Source: Nitrospinales bacterium | GTDB lineage: Bacteria > Nitrospinota > Nitrospinia > Nitrospinales > VA-1 | Direction: 5' to 3' | NCBI GenBank assembly: GCA_965262115.1 | Contig: OZ253496.1 | Location: forward strand, 640,001-704,000 | DNA length: 64,000 nt | Part shown: positions 1 through 11,867 of the stretch, one piece after another | Layout: the number at the start of each line of letters is the position of its first letter | Numbering within the stretch: the stretch's first letter is position 1 | Position numbers and translations under genes: made by a program | The notes under the pieces: generated by a model | Databases searched by the model: none | Told to the model about the DNA's origin: nothing | What the model saw: the letters and a program-made list of their open reading frames with translations, nothing else

Positions 1-23
1 TGACGTTTTTTTTGGAGAGATCG

Positions 24-353
24 ATGAAACTGACTGTAGCCGGACGAAACATTGAAATCACGGATGGCATCCGTGAGCACTTGCAAAATAAAATGGATAA
101 GACTATCAACGAACTGGGTGAGAAGGCAGACGTCCACGTGGCACTGTCTGTAGAAAAGCACCGGCATTTTGCGGAGGTCACCGTAAAAACAAAGGGGTTT
201 ACGGTACACAGCACGGAGGAGACTGACGACCTCTATGCTTCGATGGATAATGCTCTGACAAAAATGGAAAAGCAATTAAGAAAACACAAGGAAAAAGCCC
301 AGGCACTTAGAAACAAAAAAGGCTCGCAGTCCAAACTGAGAAATCAGGCCTGA
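24..353 (+). CDS. hpf: ribosome hibernation promoting factor (short HPF/RaiA)
   Basis: MKLTVAGRNIEITDGIREH...DLYASMD...LRKHKEK motifs; ATG at 24 after GGAGAG. Confidence 0.9.
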   Translation: MKLTVAGRNIEITDGIREHLQNKMDKTINELGEKADVHVALSVEKHRHFAEVTVKTKGFTVHSTEETDDLYASMDNALTKMEKQLRKHKEKAQALRNKKGSQSKLRNQA

Positions 354-385
354 ACCGACATTATCCATAATTTGCTCCCATTAAA

Positions 386-850
386 ATGAAAATTGACGAT
401 ATTTTAAAAAAGGGTTCCATCATTGCCAATCTGGCTGGAACCAATAAGGAAGAAGTCCTCCGGGAAATCACCGATTTCCTGCAAGAGCAGGGCCTTGTCA
501 AGGACAAGGAGACCTTGCTCAATACCTTGATGGAGAGGGAAAAACTGGGAAGCACGGGAATTGGTGAAAATGTGGCCATTCCACACGGAAAATCCGATGA
601 ACTTTCCCAAATCATTACGGTATTTGCACGTTCATTAAATGGGGTGGATTTTGAGTCCCTTGACCAAAAGCCTGTCCATTTTGTATGCATGGTTATCGCC
701 CCCTCTAATTCCACAGGGCAACATTTAAAAGCGCTGGCTCGCATATCAAGGATTTTTAAAATCCAGAATTTGCGCGATAGTATTCTAAAGCTACAGGACG
801 CAAATCAAATCTATTCACTTCTTCTTGAAGAAGACTCAAAGTTTATTTAA
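386..850 (+). CDS. ptsN: PTS IIA(Ntr)-like protein
   Basis: EREKLGSTGIGENVAIPHGK motif; follows hpf. Confidence 0.9.
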   Translation: MKIDDILKKGSIIANLAGTNKEEVLREITDFLQEQGLVKDKETLLNTLMEREKLGSTGIGENVAIPHGKSDELSQIITVFARSLNGVDFESLDQKPVHFVCMVIAPSNSTGQHLKALARISRIFKIQNLRDSILKLQDANQIYSLLLEEDSKFI

Positions 851-856
851 TTGGCC

Positions 857-2626
857 ATGAAAGGTATCGCCGTATCAAAAGGGGTTGCAATCGGAAAAGC
901 GTACCTGCTTGATTCAACCAAGTTCTGCATCATCAAGCACCAGGTCAGCGAACTTGAAGCAGAAAAAGAGGTTGAGCGCTTTCGCGAAGCCATTGAAAAA
1001 ACCAAGCTCCAAATGGCGGAAATAAAAAAGCGCGCTGAAAAAATTGCCGATAAATATGCGGTTATTTTGGATACCTACACCCTGCTCCTGGATGATGACA
1101 TCCTGGTAAACGATACCATTGAAAATATAAAAAAATATAAAACCAATGCAGAGTGGGCGCTCACCCAAACTTTAAATAATTTTTTAAAACTGTTTGACAA
1201 TATCAACGATGACTATTTGAAGGGTAAAAAAGACGACCTCGACCTGCTGGTTCAGACTATTTTGAAAAACCTCATTGGCCATTCCCAGGAATCCCTGTCT
1301 GATATTCAGGAGCCAGTTATTATTGCAACCCATTCCCTGAGTCCCTCCGACACCATAATGATGCCTAAAACCTTCGTCAAAGGTCTGGTCACCGAGGCAG
1401 GCGGAAAAACCTCCCATGTGGGCATATTTGCCGCAGCGCTGGGAATCCCTGCTATCACCGGAGTCAAAGAGATCACTTCAAAAATAAATTCCGGGGATCA
1501 GATCATTGTTGACGGCATTGATGGCGAGGTCATCATCAGCCCCTCCAGTGAAACGATACAACAGTACTCAAAGAAAAAGGAGAACTACCGCAAATATGAA
1601 GAAAGGTTATTAGCCAATATCCATCAACCGGCAGAAACACTTGATGGACACCATATTAAACTGCTGGCCAATATTGAGTCCAATCAGGAAGTCAAAAGTC
1701 TGCATAAGTTTGGGGTGGAAGGCGTAGGACTTTACCGCACAGAGTTTCTTTATTTGGCGGCAACTACCCTGCCGGGAGAAAGAGAACTCTATGAAAATTT
1801 CAAACAGGTTGTCCAGGAAATGGACACTCGGCCCGTTGTCATTCGCACCCTGGATATCGGAATGGACAAGCAATTCAACGATGTCAGAAGTAGCGATGAA
1901 GACAATCCCGCCCTCGGCCTAAGAGGCATTCGCTTATCTCTCGCCCAACCTCATCTATTTACAAACCAGTTAAAAGGCATTTTGGGGGCGAGCTTATATG
2001 GAAATGTGAAAATTCTTTACCCTATGATCTCTTCGACAACGGAAATTGTTCAAGCCAACAAAATCCTGGAAGACGCAAAAAACGATTTGCGGCAAGAGCA
2101 AATTCCATTTAATGAAGAAATTGAAGTCGGCGCCATGATAGAAACCCCGGCCGCGGCCATCTGCATTGATCATATACTAGAAGAAGTTGACTTCATCAGT
2201 ATTGGCACCAACGATTTAATCCAATATCTTCTGGCAGTAGACCGAGTCAATGAGAGCGTCGCACACCTGTATCAGCCCTTTCATCCTTCCGTGTTAAGAT
2301 CATTAAAAAATATTTTGCAGTCTGCAGAAAATGCTGGCAAAAAGGTTTCCATTTGTGGAGAGCTTGGGGGAGACCCGATGGCAACCATGCTGTTATTAGG
2401 CTTGGGAAAAATTGATGATTTGAGTATGGAGCCTCATTCGGTTCCAAAAGTAAAAAAAATCATTCGCACCATTCGGCTTGAAGAAGCACGCCAATTGGCT
2501 GATGATGTTTTAAAGATGAGTTGCCCCGACGAAATAACATCCTTCATCACCAATGCCATGAGAATCCGATTCCCAGAAGATTTTGACCGGGACCTCAGCT
2601 TTGAGGAAAAATTGAATCCCGCCTGA
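857..2626 (+). CDS. ptsI: PEP-protein phosphotransferase (PTS enzyme I)
   Basis: GGKTSH phospho-His, GVGLYRTEFL, NPALGLRGIR, SIGTNDL, SICGE. Confidence 0.93.
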   Translation: MKGIAVSKGVAIGKAYLLDSTKFCIIKHQVSELEAEKEVERFREAIEKTKLQMAEIKKRAEKIADKYAVILDTYTLLLDDDILVNDTIENIKKYKTNAEWALTQTLNNFLKLFDNINDDYLKGKKDDLDLLVQTILKNLIGHSQESLSDIQEPVIIATHSLSPSDTIMMPKTFVKGLVTEAGGKTSHVGIFAAALGIPAITGVKEITSKINSGDQIIVDGIDGEVIISPSSETIQQYSKKKENYRKYEERLLANIHQPAETLDGHHIKLLANIESNQEVKSLHKFGVEGVGLYRTEFLYLAATTLPGERELYENFKQVVQEMDTRPVVIRTLDIGMDKQFNDVRSSDEDNPALGLRGIRLSLAQPHLFTNQLKGILGASLYGNVKILYPMISSTTEIVQANKILEDAKNDLRQEQIPFNEEIEVGAMIETPAAAICIDHILEEVDFISIGTNDLIQYLLAVDRVNESVAHLYQPFHPSVLRSLKNILQSAENAGKKVSICGELGGDPMATMLLLGLGKIDDLSMEPHSVPKVKKIIRTIRLEEARQLADDVLKMSCPDEITSFITNAMRIRFPEDFDRDLSFEEKLNPA

Positions 2627-2698
2627 TATTACTGAAACAATAATTAAACTATTTATCTAAATTTAATTTTTAACCTTCCCAAAATAAGGAAATTTTGA

Positions 2699-3859
2699 AT
2701 GAGCTCAGGAAATTATTTATTCACCTCAGAATCTGTATCCGAAGGACATCCCGACAAAATAGCGGATCAGGTTTCCGATTCAATTCTGGACGCGATATTA
2801 GAGCAGGACCCCAAAGCAAGAGTTGCTTGTGAAACGATGATCACCACCGGCTTCGCTGTAATTGCTGGAGAAATCTCGACCGACTGTTATGTTGAAATTC
2901 CTAAAATTGTCAGGAACACCATAAAAAATATAGGGTTCTCCCACTCCGATATGGGTTTTGATTTTGAAACCTGCGGTGTAATGGTTGCACTCGACGAACA
3001 ATCCAAAGATATCGCCCAAGGGGTAGACGATGACAAGCGCGAGCAAGGCGCCGGGGACCAGGGAATGATGTTCGGCTATGCCAGCGATGAAACTCCGGAA
3101 CTGATGCCAGCACCCATTATGTATTCCCATAAACTGGTGCGTAAGCTTGCTGATTTGAGAAAAAAGAGAGTGCTCCCCTATTTGAGACCTGACAGCAAAT
3201 CTCAGGTCTCGGTCAGGTATGAGAATAATAAACCTGTCAGCATTGAAACGGTCGTCATTTCAACCCAGCATGATCCCAACGTCTCCAACAAACAATTACG
3301 CTCCGAAATAACGGAACTTGTGATTCAAAAAGTTATCCCGAAAAAACTGCAACATAAAAAGATGAAAGTCCATATCAACCCAACAGGACGCTTTGTTATT
3401 GGCGGTCCGCACGGCGATTGCGGTTTAACGGGAAGAAAAATTATAGTGGATACCTATGGTGGATTCGCCCGGCATGGTGGGGGTGCCTTTTCGGGAAAAG
3501 ATCCGTCCAAGGTCGACCGCTCCGCCGCTTATATGGCCCGCTACATCGCTAAAAATCTGGTTGCAGCCAAAGTGGCCCATCGATGCGAAGTTCAGCTTGC
3601 CTACGCCATTGGGGTTGCCAACCCAGTTTCAGTTTGCGTGGAAACTTTTGGAACTCATAACGTCAACCCGGATATCATGGAGGATCTGGTCCGGTCCCAT
3701 TTCAACCTCAGGCCCGCAGGCATTGTTAAAACGCTGGATCTCTTAAAACCCCGTTACCTGTCAACTGCGGCTTATGGACATTTTGGCAGAAAGGAAAGTT
3801 CTTTCACGTGGGAGAAAACAGATAAAGCCAAAGCCATCAAAAAGGATGCAGGATTATAA
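2699..3859 (+). CDS. metK: S-adenosylmethionine synthetase
   Basis: [28 protein letters not shown]. Confidence 0.98.
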   Translation: MSSGNYLFTSESVSEGHPDKIADQVSDSILDAILEQDPKARVACETMITTGFAVIAGEISTDCYVEIPKIVRNTIKNIGFSHSDMGFDFETCGVMVALDEQSKDIAQGVDDDKREQGAGDQGMMFGYASDETPELMPAPIMYSHKLVRKLADLRKKRVLPYLRPDSKSQVSVRYENNKPVSIETVVISTQHDPNVSNKQLRSEITELVIQKVIPKKLQHKKMKVHINPTGRFVIGGPHGDCGLTGRKIIVDTYGGFARHGGGAFSGKDPSKVDRSAAYMARYIAKNLVAAKVAHRCEVQLAYAIGVANPVSVCVETFGTHNVNPDIMEDLVRSHFNLRPAGIVKTLDLLKPRYLSTAAYGHFGRKESSFTWEKTDKAKAIKKDAGL

Positions 3860-4247
3860 GGCAAGAAAGAATGTGGTTTTGACCGGTGGTGTTTGATAGC
3901 CGTTCAGGCCGCCGCCCCAAAAACCACTTCTTTAATTTTCCGGTTGCTAAGAAAGCACTCCCGGCATAGACCTCTTCAATATGCTGAACCTCGAAACCCG
4001 CCTGTTCCACTCCCGTTCCAAGGATATCCAGCCCGGTATAAACCATACCCTCCTGAATACGCGCTTTTAGAAAACGCAAAAGAAGACCGGAACCACAACC
4101 CGCATCCAACAGGTTCAAGGATTTTCCGTCCGGCAAAGCAGCAACCACCCGCCGCATCGATTCAAAATAGGATTCCGGAGACAGTCGGTCATAAAGACGG
4201 GATTGAAATCCCACCAACCAATAGTTCCTGCTGTAAAACTTACTCAT
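3837..4247 (-). pseudogene. class I SAM methyltransferase, probably internally deleted
   Basis: LLDAGCGSG motif I, then an abrupt jump to a C-terminal-like AGFEVQHIEEVY segment; too short. Confidence 0.55.
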
Positions 4248-4334
4248 GGTTTTCCTGAAAATTAAAAACTCAACCGCTTGTCAGCCACCGGGAAAAAGAA
4301 TATAATTACCGTTGTAACTGAAAGGAGTAACTGG

Positions 4335-4772
4335 ATGGCTAAAAAACCTTTTATCAATAAACACGGGTTTGTGGAATACCCGTTTCTCCATGACACTCGC
4401 AAACAGAAGAACTGGTGGTTTTATAACCTACTTGAGGACCACCTCAAACGCCGGGCCCGACAAAAGGTCGGCCCTAATTATACTCGGGACGATTGCGAGG
4501 ATGATTTCAAAAGAATCCTGGCCGGGACCAACCTGAAATTTTATGTCTTACTCCCCTCAGGAATGGGAATGGAATTCAAGTTGATCGGGAAATATAAAAC
4601 CCCCGAACTCATAGAAATTGAAGACCCGGTTCCTTATATCGCCGAAAAATATGGTGGTGGAAAATTCAAGGTTAATATCTATCACGAAGGCACCTTCGCC
4701 GGAACAGAAAATTTTAAAGCCCATGGTGATCAAAAATGGGTCGAGATTGAAGATGACAATCCCACAGGCTGA
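4335..4772 (+). CDS. hypothetical protein
   Basis: AAGGAG RBS before ATG 4335; protein-like composition. Confidence 0.7.
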   Translation: MAKKPFINKHGFVEYPFLHDTRKQKNWWFYNLLEDHLKRRARQKVGPNYTRDDCEDDFKRILAGTNLKFYVLLPSGMGMEFKLIGKYKTPELIEIEDPVPYIAEKYGGGKFKVNIYHEGTFAGTENFKAHGDQKWVEIEDDNPTG

Positions 4773-4861
4773 AAAATTTCCATATACCTGTGGATAACTG
4801 CAAGCTTATATATTTTGAGGGTTGTCCTAATTACAAAAAGGTGTTTGGAATTATAAGAAGT

Positions 4862-5278
4862 TTAATCCAGCTCTTCGTCGGGATTGCGCGGCTTCTGAAT
4901 GGTGGGAACAGTGAACTTGAGGCTCGATGGCAAGGTGGAGGCTTTTTTTCCGTAGGCAATATTCCCGCTTTCCCCTTCCAGTCCAATATAGATATTTTCA
5001 TTTCTGACCTTTACCGGATAAGTCGGGATAAAAAGTTCCGGGTTTTGCATATTCGCCCCGCTCTCCAGTTTGAAACGCCATTCATGATTCGGGCAGATCA
5101 CAATGCCTTCTTCAATACGCCCTTCTCCTAAAGGCGCACCTCTATGCGGACACTTGTTGGCAATGGCATAATATTTTCCCTTATAGTTAAAAAGAGCGAT
5201 CTCATCCTCACCTGCTGATATGATGGCGGACTTGCCGATAGGAAGATCCTCCTCGGTCATGACTTTGACGTATTTCAT
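4862..5278 (-). CDS. Rieske [2Fe-2S] ferredoxin (NirD-like)
   Basis: CPHRG...CPNH ligands. Confidence 0.88.
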   Translation of the reverse strand: MKYVKVMTEEDLPIGKSAIISAGEDEIALFNYKGKYYAIANKCPHRGAPLGEGRIEEGIVICPNHEWRFKLESGANMQNPELFIPTYPVKVRNENIYIGLEGESGNIAYGKKASTLPSSLKFTVPTIQKPRNPDEELD

Positions 5279-5284
5279 AAAGTT

Positions 5285-6646
5285 TCAGCTTTCCTTCTCT
5301 GGCTCTTCGCCTTCTTTATAATACTCAATCTCGCAGTTTGAGTAGATAAAGTTCATGGTTTTCTGCCCCAGTAACTTGGTCGTGGTCTGGCTCAACGAAT
5401 CCGGATTGGACATGATGCGTTTTTGGATATCTTCCACCTTCTGCTTAGTCTGTTTGGCCAGTAGTTCATATTCGCCTTCCATGTCCTGTTGAGTCAGATG
5501 AATATTTTCGGCAGCGGCAACGGACTCCAACATCATATAACCGGTGGTGTTAAAGATGGCTTTTTCTCTCCATTCCTTAACCGCTTTTTCAGGCTCAAAT
5601 CCGGAGTCCTCCAGCTTCATTCCCGACTGGGCAATTTGAAACTTCATGCCTTCTATCAGGAATTTCAATTCCCGCTCTATCACCGATTCCGGCGGATCCG
5701 TCTCGGCATCTTTGACCAGCATGTTAAAAATATCCTCTTTAATTCTTAGCTCTTCATGCTGCTCTTTATGGTTTTGCAGGTCAATCTTGATGGCCCGACG
5801 AAGTTCAAGGACAGTGTCAAAACCTTCCCGCTGGGCAATTTCATCGGTTAATTCCGGCAAGTGCAGTTTTCTTATTTTTTTAATTTTAACTTTAAAGATG
5901 GCCCGATCATCTGCCTGCTTTTCGTCAGCCCCCGGAATGGGAAAACTGATCCGGCGCATTTTCTGGTTCCAGTCAGCGGGGAGGACGGCCTTCACCTCAA
6001 AATCCTCATCCTGGACATGCCCGATCAACTGATCCTCGAAACCGGGAATCATCTTCTTTTCACCCACCCGCATTTCATGATCTTTAGCGTTGCCATTTTC
6101 CAACAGCTCCCCATTCATTGTACCTTTAAAGTCCAAAGCCAGGATGTCTCCATCCTGAACCGCATAACCCGCAGGCATGTCTTCCAGCGAACCCTGGCGA
6201 CTGAGAACCTTTATCAGGGTTTCTTCAACATCCTCGTCCTTGACAACCGCTTCCTTCTTCTTAAATTTAAGCCCCTTGTAATCCTTAACTTTTAATTCCG
6301 GTTTTATGTCAAGAATCACAGCAAACTTCAAAGGCTCATCGCGTTTCATATCCTGCATCCCAGAGTGGTCGATCTCCGGCTGACCCATAGGTCTGAGTCC
6401 GGATTTATGAAGTGCCTCTTCATAATATTCCTGCATCAACTCCTGAAACATTTCCGTTAAAGACTGCATCGGAACCTGTTTCTCAAGGATTTGCTGAGGA
6501 ATCTTTCCCGGTCGAAATCCCGGAATCTTGACCTGCTTGTTCAAAACTTTATAAGCATCTTTCACCCTCTTCGATACTACATCTTCGGGGATAGTGATAT
6601 TGATCTTTCTCTTCAAACCTTCTAGTTCTTCAACATCAAATTCCAT
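5285..6646 (-). CDS. tig: trigger factor
   Basis: IPGFRPGK signature, FKBP-like MIPGFEDQLIG; start at MEFDVEE. Confidence 0.95.
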   Translation of the reverse strand: MEFDVEELEGLKRKINITIPEDVVSKRVKDAYKVLNKQVKIPGFRPGKIPQQILEKQVPMQSLTEMFQELMQEYYEEALHKSGLRPMGQPEIDHSGMQDMKRDEPLKFAVILDIKPELKVKDYKGLKFKKKEAVVKDEDVEETLIKVLSRQGSLEDMPAGYAVQDGDILALDFKGTMNGELLENGNAKDHEMRVGEKKMIPGFEDQLIGHVQDEDFEVKAVLPADWNQKMRRISFPIPGADEKQADDRAIFKVKIKKIRKLHLPELTDEIAQREGFDTVLELRRAIKIDLQNHKEQHEELRIKEDIFNMLVKDAETDPPESVIERELKFLIEGMKFQIAQSGMKLEDSGFEPEKAVKEWREKAIFNTTGYMMLESVAAAENIHLTQQDMEGEYELLAKQTKQKVEDIQKRIMSNPDSLSQTTTKLLGQKTMNFIYSNCEIEYYKEGEEPEKES

Positions 6647-6740
6647 ACTCAAACCTTTCCACCAGGCGTGGCCGAAGAACCGCCGGGGATAATTAGCAAA
6701 TAAACATTTCTCTGTGAAAGCTGCGTTTCGGCACAACAAC

Positions 6741-7898
6741 TCATTTCCCAGTTGCCTCCACGGCTGGTGGGAATTTTTCCAGGATCATCTGGTCGATTTC
6801 CTTTTTCAACTGACCCAGTATCTCTTCATAGGGAAAAGATCCCAGCGTTTCTGTTCCCTTTTTCAGGTTCACCCGTGCAGGTCCGCACCAGAGCCCCAGG
6901 TCCGCGTCATCAGTTTCTCCCGGACCGTTCACTCGACATCCCATCACCGCGATGGTCAGCTTATATTTTTCAGCATACTCGGTCATCTTCCGCACATCCT
7001 GAGCCAGATCGATAAACTTTTCATTCTCCACCCTCGAACAACTGGGGCAAGCAATGATATTCAATCCTTCAAGAAAATTTTCGGGAACAGAGCGGAAGCG
7101 GCCTTCCTCAATATCTTTCAGGATTTCCCGGCCAACCTCAATTTCCTGACCTTTCTCATCGTTGGGCAGGGTTAGGGAAACTCGAATCGTATCGCCAATC
7201 CCGGCGGATATCAACTGCTCAAAAGCGATCCGGGTCTTAATGATACCTTCAGGGGGAAGCCCCGCTTCGGTCACTCCCAGATGTAAAGGAACATCCGGGC
7301 GTTCTTTAGAAAACCGGCGATTGGCTTCAATGACTTTCTGAGATTCTGAATCTTTGAGTGAAACACAATAATTTTCAAAACCCATCTCATCAAGCATCTG
7401 GCAATGATCGACTGCAGACCGGACCATGGCCTCTACCGAATCGTCTTTATAACGTTCCTTGTAGTCCGGGTCCACCGAACCACAGTTGACACCGATGCGA
7501 ATGGCGCAATCGTTTTTCTTCGCCGCGTTAACGATGAACTCCACTTTTTCACGAATGGACTTTTCTTTTTCCAAATGAAACAAGTGCCCCGGATTGTAAC
7601 GAATCTTGTTCACTAAAGGAGCAACGATAGGCGCCAGCTTGTAATTTTCCTGCAGGTCCACCGACCACACACTTTCGGGAAATTTTTGTCGCAGGATTCG
7701 AAGAGCTTCCACATCCTTTTCGCTGTCCACAGCAATACGAATAATATCGGCTTGAGCCGCTTCCAGAACCTCAATCTGTCTGGCCGTGGCTTCCAGATTC
7801 TGAGTTTGGGTCGCCGCCATGCTTTGCACTGCAATGGGGGCATCACCACCAATCTCAACTCTGCCAATACGTATTTTTCGTGTTTTTCTCGGTTTCAT
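6741..7898 (-). CDS. ispG: HMBPP synthase
   Basis: [45 protein letters not shown]. Confidence 0.96.
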   Translation of the reverse strand: MKPRKTRKIRIGRVEIGGDAPIAVQSMAATQTQNLEATARQIEVLEAAQADIIRIAVDSEKDVEALRILRQKFPESVWSVDLQENYKLAPIVAPLVNKIRYNPGHLFHLEKEKSIREKVEFIVNAAKKNDCAIRIGVNCGSVDPDYKERYKDDSVEAMVRSAVDHCQMLDEMGFENYCVSLKDSESQKVIEANRRFSKERPDVPLHLGVTEAGLPPEGIIKTRIAFEQLISAGIGDTIRVSLTLPNDEKGQEIEVGREILKDIEEGRFRSVPENFLEGLNIIACPSCSRVENEKFIDLAQDVRKMTEYAEKYKLTIAVMGCRVNGPGETDDADLGLWCGPARVNLKKGTETLGSFPYEEILGQLKKEIDQMILEKFPPAVEATGK

Positions 7899-7987
7899 AT
7901 ATATTGCGTTCCTGTAGGGTCCTGTGGGTCGAAGGTAAAGATTAACAAATAAAGGGTTCCAGAACAAGGAAGCTCTTATCCTGAAGG

Positions 7988-9073
7988 TTAGCCCGCCCTG
8001 GAATTTTCCTGGTTATGAGTGCGATCCAGAGGGAAGGGATTTTCAGTATTGTTAAAATCCGGCAAATTATGCACGGTCGCTTCCATGGATTGAAGGTACA
8101 AATTTTCAAATCCCAGTTCCCGGGCCATAGTGATGGCCCTTTCATATTCCTCTCGGCTGATTTCCCGGTTCAGCAGTGGTTCAGCGGAAAAGTTCGAACC
8201 CAAATCAGAAGATTTTGACCGGAGATGAAAATTTGTCCCTCCGGCGAGGAGCGCGGCTTTATGAACAGGACGGTACTGGCTCATCAGGCTCAAAGGCACG
8301 CTCGGCGACAGTTCGAGAGCGATGAAGCAAAGGGTCTCCCAGGTTCCGGCATGGTCTTCGGGCAAGAGCAGATGCCGAACCAGTAATCCCCGTTGGGCCA
8401 GACCATCCTCCCCTATTTCCAGAGGTCCGACCTGCCGATACATTTCCAACACCGCCAGTCGGGAAAATTCCGGGTATTCCTGAATATGCGAAATCTTCTT
8501 GGCTGTAGCGGAATGGGCATATTTCAAATCCGGCAGATAAATGTCCACCACCCCATCCAGAAGTTTTAAAGTGGGCATGGCATCATAACCATTGGTGTTA
8601 TAAATGATCGGAATTTTCAAACCCATCTCCCGGGCAAACGACAGGCTTTTCAAAAGTCCCGGAACGACATGGGAAGGAGAAACCCAACCGATGAAATGCA
8701 CCCCCTCCTCCTGCAAGCGCAGCATTTGTTGAGCGGTAGACAGCCAGGATTGCTCCAGACTGACTGCATCCGTCGGATTCTGCCAGAGCTGGGAAATCTG
8801 AAAATTCTGGCAATAATCACAACGCATATTGCACGCCGTGACAAACAGGTTGCCCACCCCACCCGTGCCGACCAGAGGAGGTTCTTCGCCAAAATGCCGG
8901 ACACTGGAGGAAACCCTTAAAAGATCGGTTTGACCGCAATAGCCGGTTTGACCCTGGGTGCGGTCCACCCCGCAAGCATGGGGACACACCCGGCATTCCC
9001 GGTAAATTTCATAGGCCTGTTGGGCTCGTGACTCCAACTCAGACCGGCTCAATTCCAGATAACGTGCAGACAA
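7988..9073 (-). CDS. radical SAM protein, PflX-like
   Basis: [40 protein letters not shown]. Confidence 0.88.
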   Translation of the reverse strand: MSARYLELSRSELESRAQQAYEIYRECRVCPHACGVDRTQGQTGYCGQTDLLRVSSSVRHFGEEPPLVGTGGVGNLFVTACNMRCDYCQNFQISQLWQNPTDAVSLEQSWLSTAQQMLRLQEEGVHFIGWVSPSHVVPGLLKSLSFAREMGLKIPIIYNTNGYDAMPTLKLLDGVVDIYLPDLKYAHSATAKKISHIQEYPEFSRLAVLEMYRQVGPLEIGEDGLAQRGLLVRHLLLPEDHAGTWETLCFIALELSPSVPLSLMSQYRPVHKAALLAGGTNFHLRSKSSDLGSNFSAEPLLNREISREEYERAITMARELGFENLYLQSMEATVHNLPDFNNTENPFPLDRTHNQENSRAG

Positions 9074-9110
9074 TTTATTTTATTTCCATTTTATTTATGA
9101 AACTTACTCA

Positions 9111-9917
9111 TCACACTGTCATTATATCAGGAAGGAGTTCCCGACCGATTGCAAAAGCCGATGTGAAACGCTCCAGCCCATGACTGCCACCATTGACCAA
9201 CTTTCGCGCTCCTTTCAGGTCTCCCTCCAGCAATTCCTTTTTGATTCTTATTTCTTTAGATGCTAGAAATCTGGCCAGCAAGCGGGAGGCAATATCGGGC
9301 TCATTGGCCAAGTCCGGTTGCTCCAGCAAGTCCTCTTCAATAGCATTGCCATGAACCGCGTAATTATCACGCCCGGTCAACTGGATAAATCCACGGCCTC
9401 TAAACCGCTCACCATCCGGGGGGCCTTGGTTGCCCAAGTCTTCCCGGAAATCGTACAGGTCGAAAGGGTGCCCATCGGGCGAGGTATTGAATCGGGAACG
9501 AAATTCGCTGATGGGACGGAACCCTTCCGTTTCCGCTCGAATGGTTGCCAAAGCCACCAGAACCATTCCTTGATCCACCAACCCTTGCTGTTCGAGTCCA
9601 TTCAGCACAAAGGGGAGATATGTTTCTATATTCGCAATGGGCGTATGAGGAAACATTCGCGCCACGATGGAAACCGTGACCGCTGGAAGAATAGAAACCA
9701 CCTCAATTTGATCTTCAGGGATCAAAGCAGAAAGAGTGCGTGGCCCGGCTATGCCATCATCCAGCAGGCCTTTACTTTTTTGAAAAGCCATCAAAGCCGA
9801 TTCGGTTCCCGGCCCAAACTCACCGTCAATCGGTCCGAGATTAAAACCACTCTCCTTCAGCATTTTTTGCAATGCCTCGACTTCCGACCCGGACGAATGC
9901 AATCTTAAAGTTTTCAT
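9111..9917 (-). CDS. peptidoglycan-binding domain + GH19-like lytic enzyme
   Basis: [17 protein letters not shown]...[31 protein letters not shown]. Confidence 0.85.
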   Translation of the reverse strand: MKTLRLHSSGSEVEALQKMLKESGFNLGPIDGEFGPGTESALMAFQKSKGLLDDGIAGPRTLSALIPEDQIEVVSILPAVTVSIVARMFPHTPIANIETYLPFVLNGLEQQGLVDQGMVLVALATIRAETEGFRPISEFRSRFNTSPDGHPFDLYDFREDLGNQGPPDGERFRGRGFIQLTGRDNYAVHGNAIEEDLLEQPDLANEPDIASRLLARFLASKEIRIKKELLEGDLKGARKLVNGGSHGLERFTSAFAIGRELLPDIMTV

Positions 9918-9977
9918 GGCGACACTCAGGAATGCTAATATAATGGAAAATTGAAAACACTTTACGATTCTTACAAC

Positions 9978-11840
9978 ATGACAAAATTTCTTTTATCCAT
10001 CATCCTCATACTGGCTCTGGCTCAACAAACCTGGGCGATGCCCCAGCACGGGCTTTCATTATATGGCCCTCAGGACCTGAAATACAAACCCGGACAGACT
10101 TATGAACACGCCAATCCCAACGCCCCAAAAGGCGGTAATCTCGTGCTGTCAGATTTTGGCGCTTTCACCAAATTGAACCCGGCCTCGCTGAAAGGTGTGA
10201 CCGCCCCCGGTATCGGGCAGTTGGTCTTTCAATCTGCCATGGACAGTTCCGCTGATGACAACGAGGCCTTTTCGCTATATGGCAACCTGGTGGAAAAGGT
10301 CGAGCTGGCCGAAGACCGGCTCTCCATGACCTATACGATCTATAAACAGGCACGGTTTTCCGATGGGCATCCACTGACGGCGGATGATTTTGTTTTCTCG
10401 TTCAACCTTATTAAAGACCCGGAATACCATCCCTTCTTTAAGGAATATTTCAAGGACATCAAGTCTATTGAAAAAATCGATACCCACACCGTTCGTTATC
10501 ACTTCGCACTCTACAATCAGGAACTCCCGTTGATAACGGGCCAGATGACAATTTTTCCACAACATATTTATGACGTTAAAGGAAAATCTTTCGGTGCGGA
10601 TTTCGATGACATGGCTATCGCCAGTGGACCCTACACAGTCGAGAAATACGAATTCGGCAAATATATTACGTTCAAGCGTGATCCAAATTGGTGGGGCGAC
10701 GATGTCGCCATCAACCGCGGACGCTATAATTTTGACCGGGTCACTTACAGAGTATACCTCGACCCGGTAGCCCAGCGGGAAGCTTTCAAGGGCGGTGAGT
10801 TCGACATGCAGTTGGTCAACAGTTCCCGCGACTGGGCCCTCGACTACAAAGGCGATTTTGTTAAAAAAGGATATTACATCCGTGGTGAGTTTCCTCACAC
10901 CCGCGTTGCTGGCATGCAGGGATTCGCCATGAATATGAGGAATGAATTCTTCCAGTCCCGCAAAGTCCGGGCCGCCATCGCCATGGCTTTCGACTTCGAA
11001 TGGAGTAATAAAAATCTATTTTATGGACAGTACACCCGGAACGAATGCTATTTTGATAACAATCCTGAAATGAAAGCCCCGGGAATTGCCCAGGGTGAGG
11101 TCAAGTCCCTTCTCCTTGAGTTGCGAAAAAAGTATAAAAGCCATGTTCCTAAAACCGCAATCACCAAACCGGTGGGCGCACCGGGACAAGGTCAGTCGTC
11201 CGTCAAAAATATCCAAGTCGCCAATGCTTTGCTGGATTCCGCCGGATGGAAAATCGGTTCCGATGGTATTCGCACAAAGGGCAAGCAGCGATTGGAGTTT
11301 GAACTTCTTTTGGCCGGGCCCGGGTTTCAGCGCATCGCCGAACCCTATAAGAATAATTTAAAAAAGATCGGTGTGCATCTGGATATCAAAGTCGTGCAGG
11401 TCGCCGAATATGAAGAGCGCCTGCGCAATTTCAAATTCGGGATGATCGTGGCAAACTATTTCCAAAGCCGGTCGCCAGGAAATGAACAACGCTCCATGTG
11501 GGGAAGTGAAGCGGCAGAAACTCCCGGAACCAGAAACTATATGGGCATTAAAAATCCCGCACTCGATGAATTGATCGAGGGGATCATCAAAGCAAAAACC
11601 CGCAAGGACCTTATCATCCATCTCCATGCCCTCGACCGGATTCTCACACATCAGTTTTATATGGTTCCACATTGGTATATTTCCTATGACCGGGCAGTCT
11701 ATTGGAACAAGTTCAGCCGCCCCAAAATCAATCCTTCACAAAGCTCTATACTCAACAACCTCCTGCAATGGTGGTGGTGGGACGAGCAGAAAGCACAAAA
11801 ACTGAAAGACGCAAGATCAAAAGGAACGTCTCTCCAATAA
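9978..11840 (+). CDS. yejA: peptide ABC transporter substrate-binding protein (YejA-like)
   Basis: signal peptide; [34 protein letters not shown]. Confidence 0.85.
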   Translation: MTKFLLSIILILALAQQTWAMPQHGLSLYGPQDLKYKPGQTYEHANPNAPKGGNLVLSDFGAFTKLNPASLKGVTAPGIGQLVFQSAMDSSADDNEAFSLYGNLVEKVELAEDRLSMTYTIYKQARFSDGHPLTADDFVFSFNLIKDPEYHPFFKEYFKDIKSIEKIDTHTVRYHFALYNQELPLITGQMTIFPQHIYDVKGKSFGADFDDMAIASGPYTVEKYEFGKYITFKRDPNWWGDDVAINRGRYNFDRVTYRVYLDPVAQREAFKGGEFDMQLVNSSRDWALDYKGDFVKKGYYIRGEFPHTRVAGMQGFAMNMRNEFFQSRKVRAAIAMAFDFEWSNKNLFYGQYTRNECYFDNNPEMKAPGIAQGEVKSLLLELRKKYKSHVPKTAITKPVGAPGQGQSSVKNIQVANALLDSAGWKIGSDGIRTKGKQRLEFELLLAGPGFQRIAEPYKNNLKKIGVHLDIKVVQVAEYEERLRNFKFGMIVANYFQSRSPGNEQRSMWGSEAAETPGTRNYMGIKNPALDELIEGIIKAKTRKDLIIHLHALDRILTHQFYMVPHWYISYDRAVYWNKFSRPKINPSQSSILNNLLQWWWWDEQKAQKLKDARSKGTSLQ

Positions 11841-11867
11841 TAAACATGCGCTTCCCTGAATAATTCC

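Noticed and set aside
2627..2698. SAM riboswitch upstream of metK
   Set aside because: Short AT-rich spacer without recognisable aptamer motifs.
8180..8260. In-frame repeat insertion in the PflX-like gene
   Set aside because: The segment looks extra, but I found no second copy or clear boundaries in the window.
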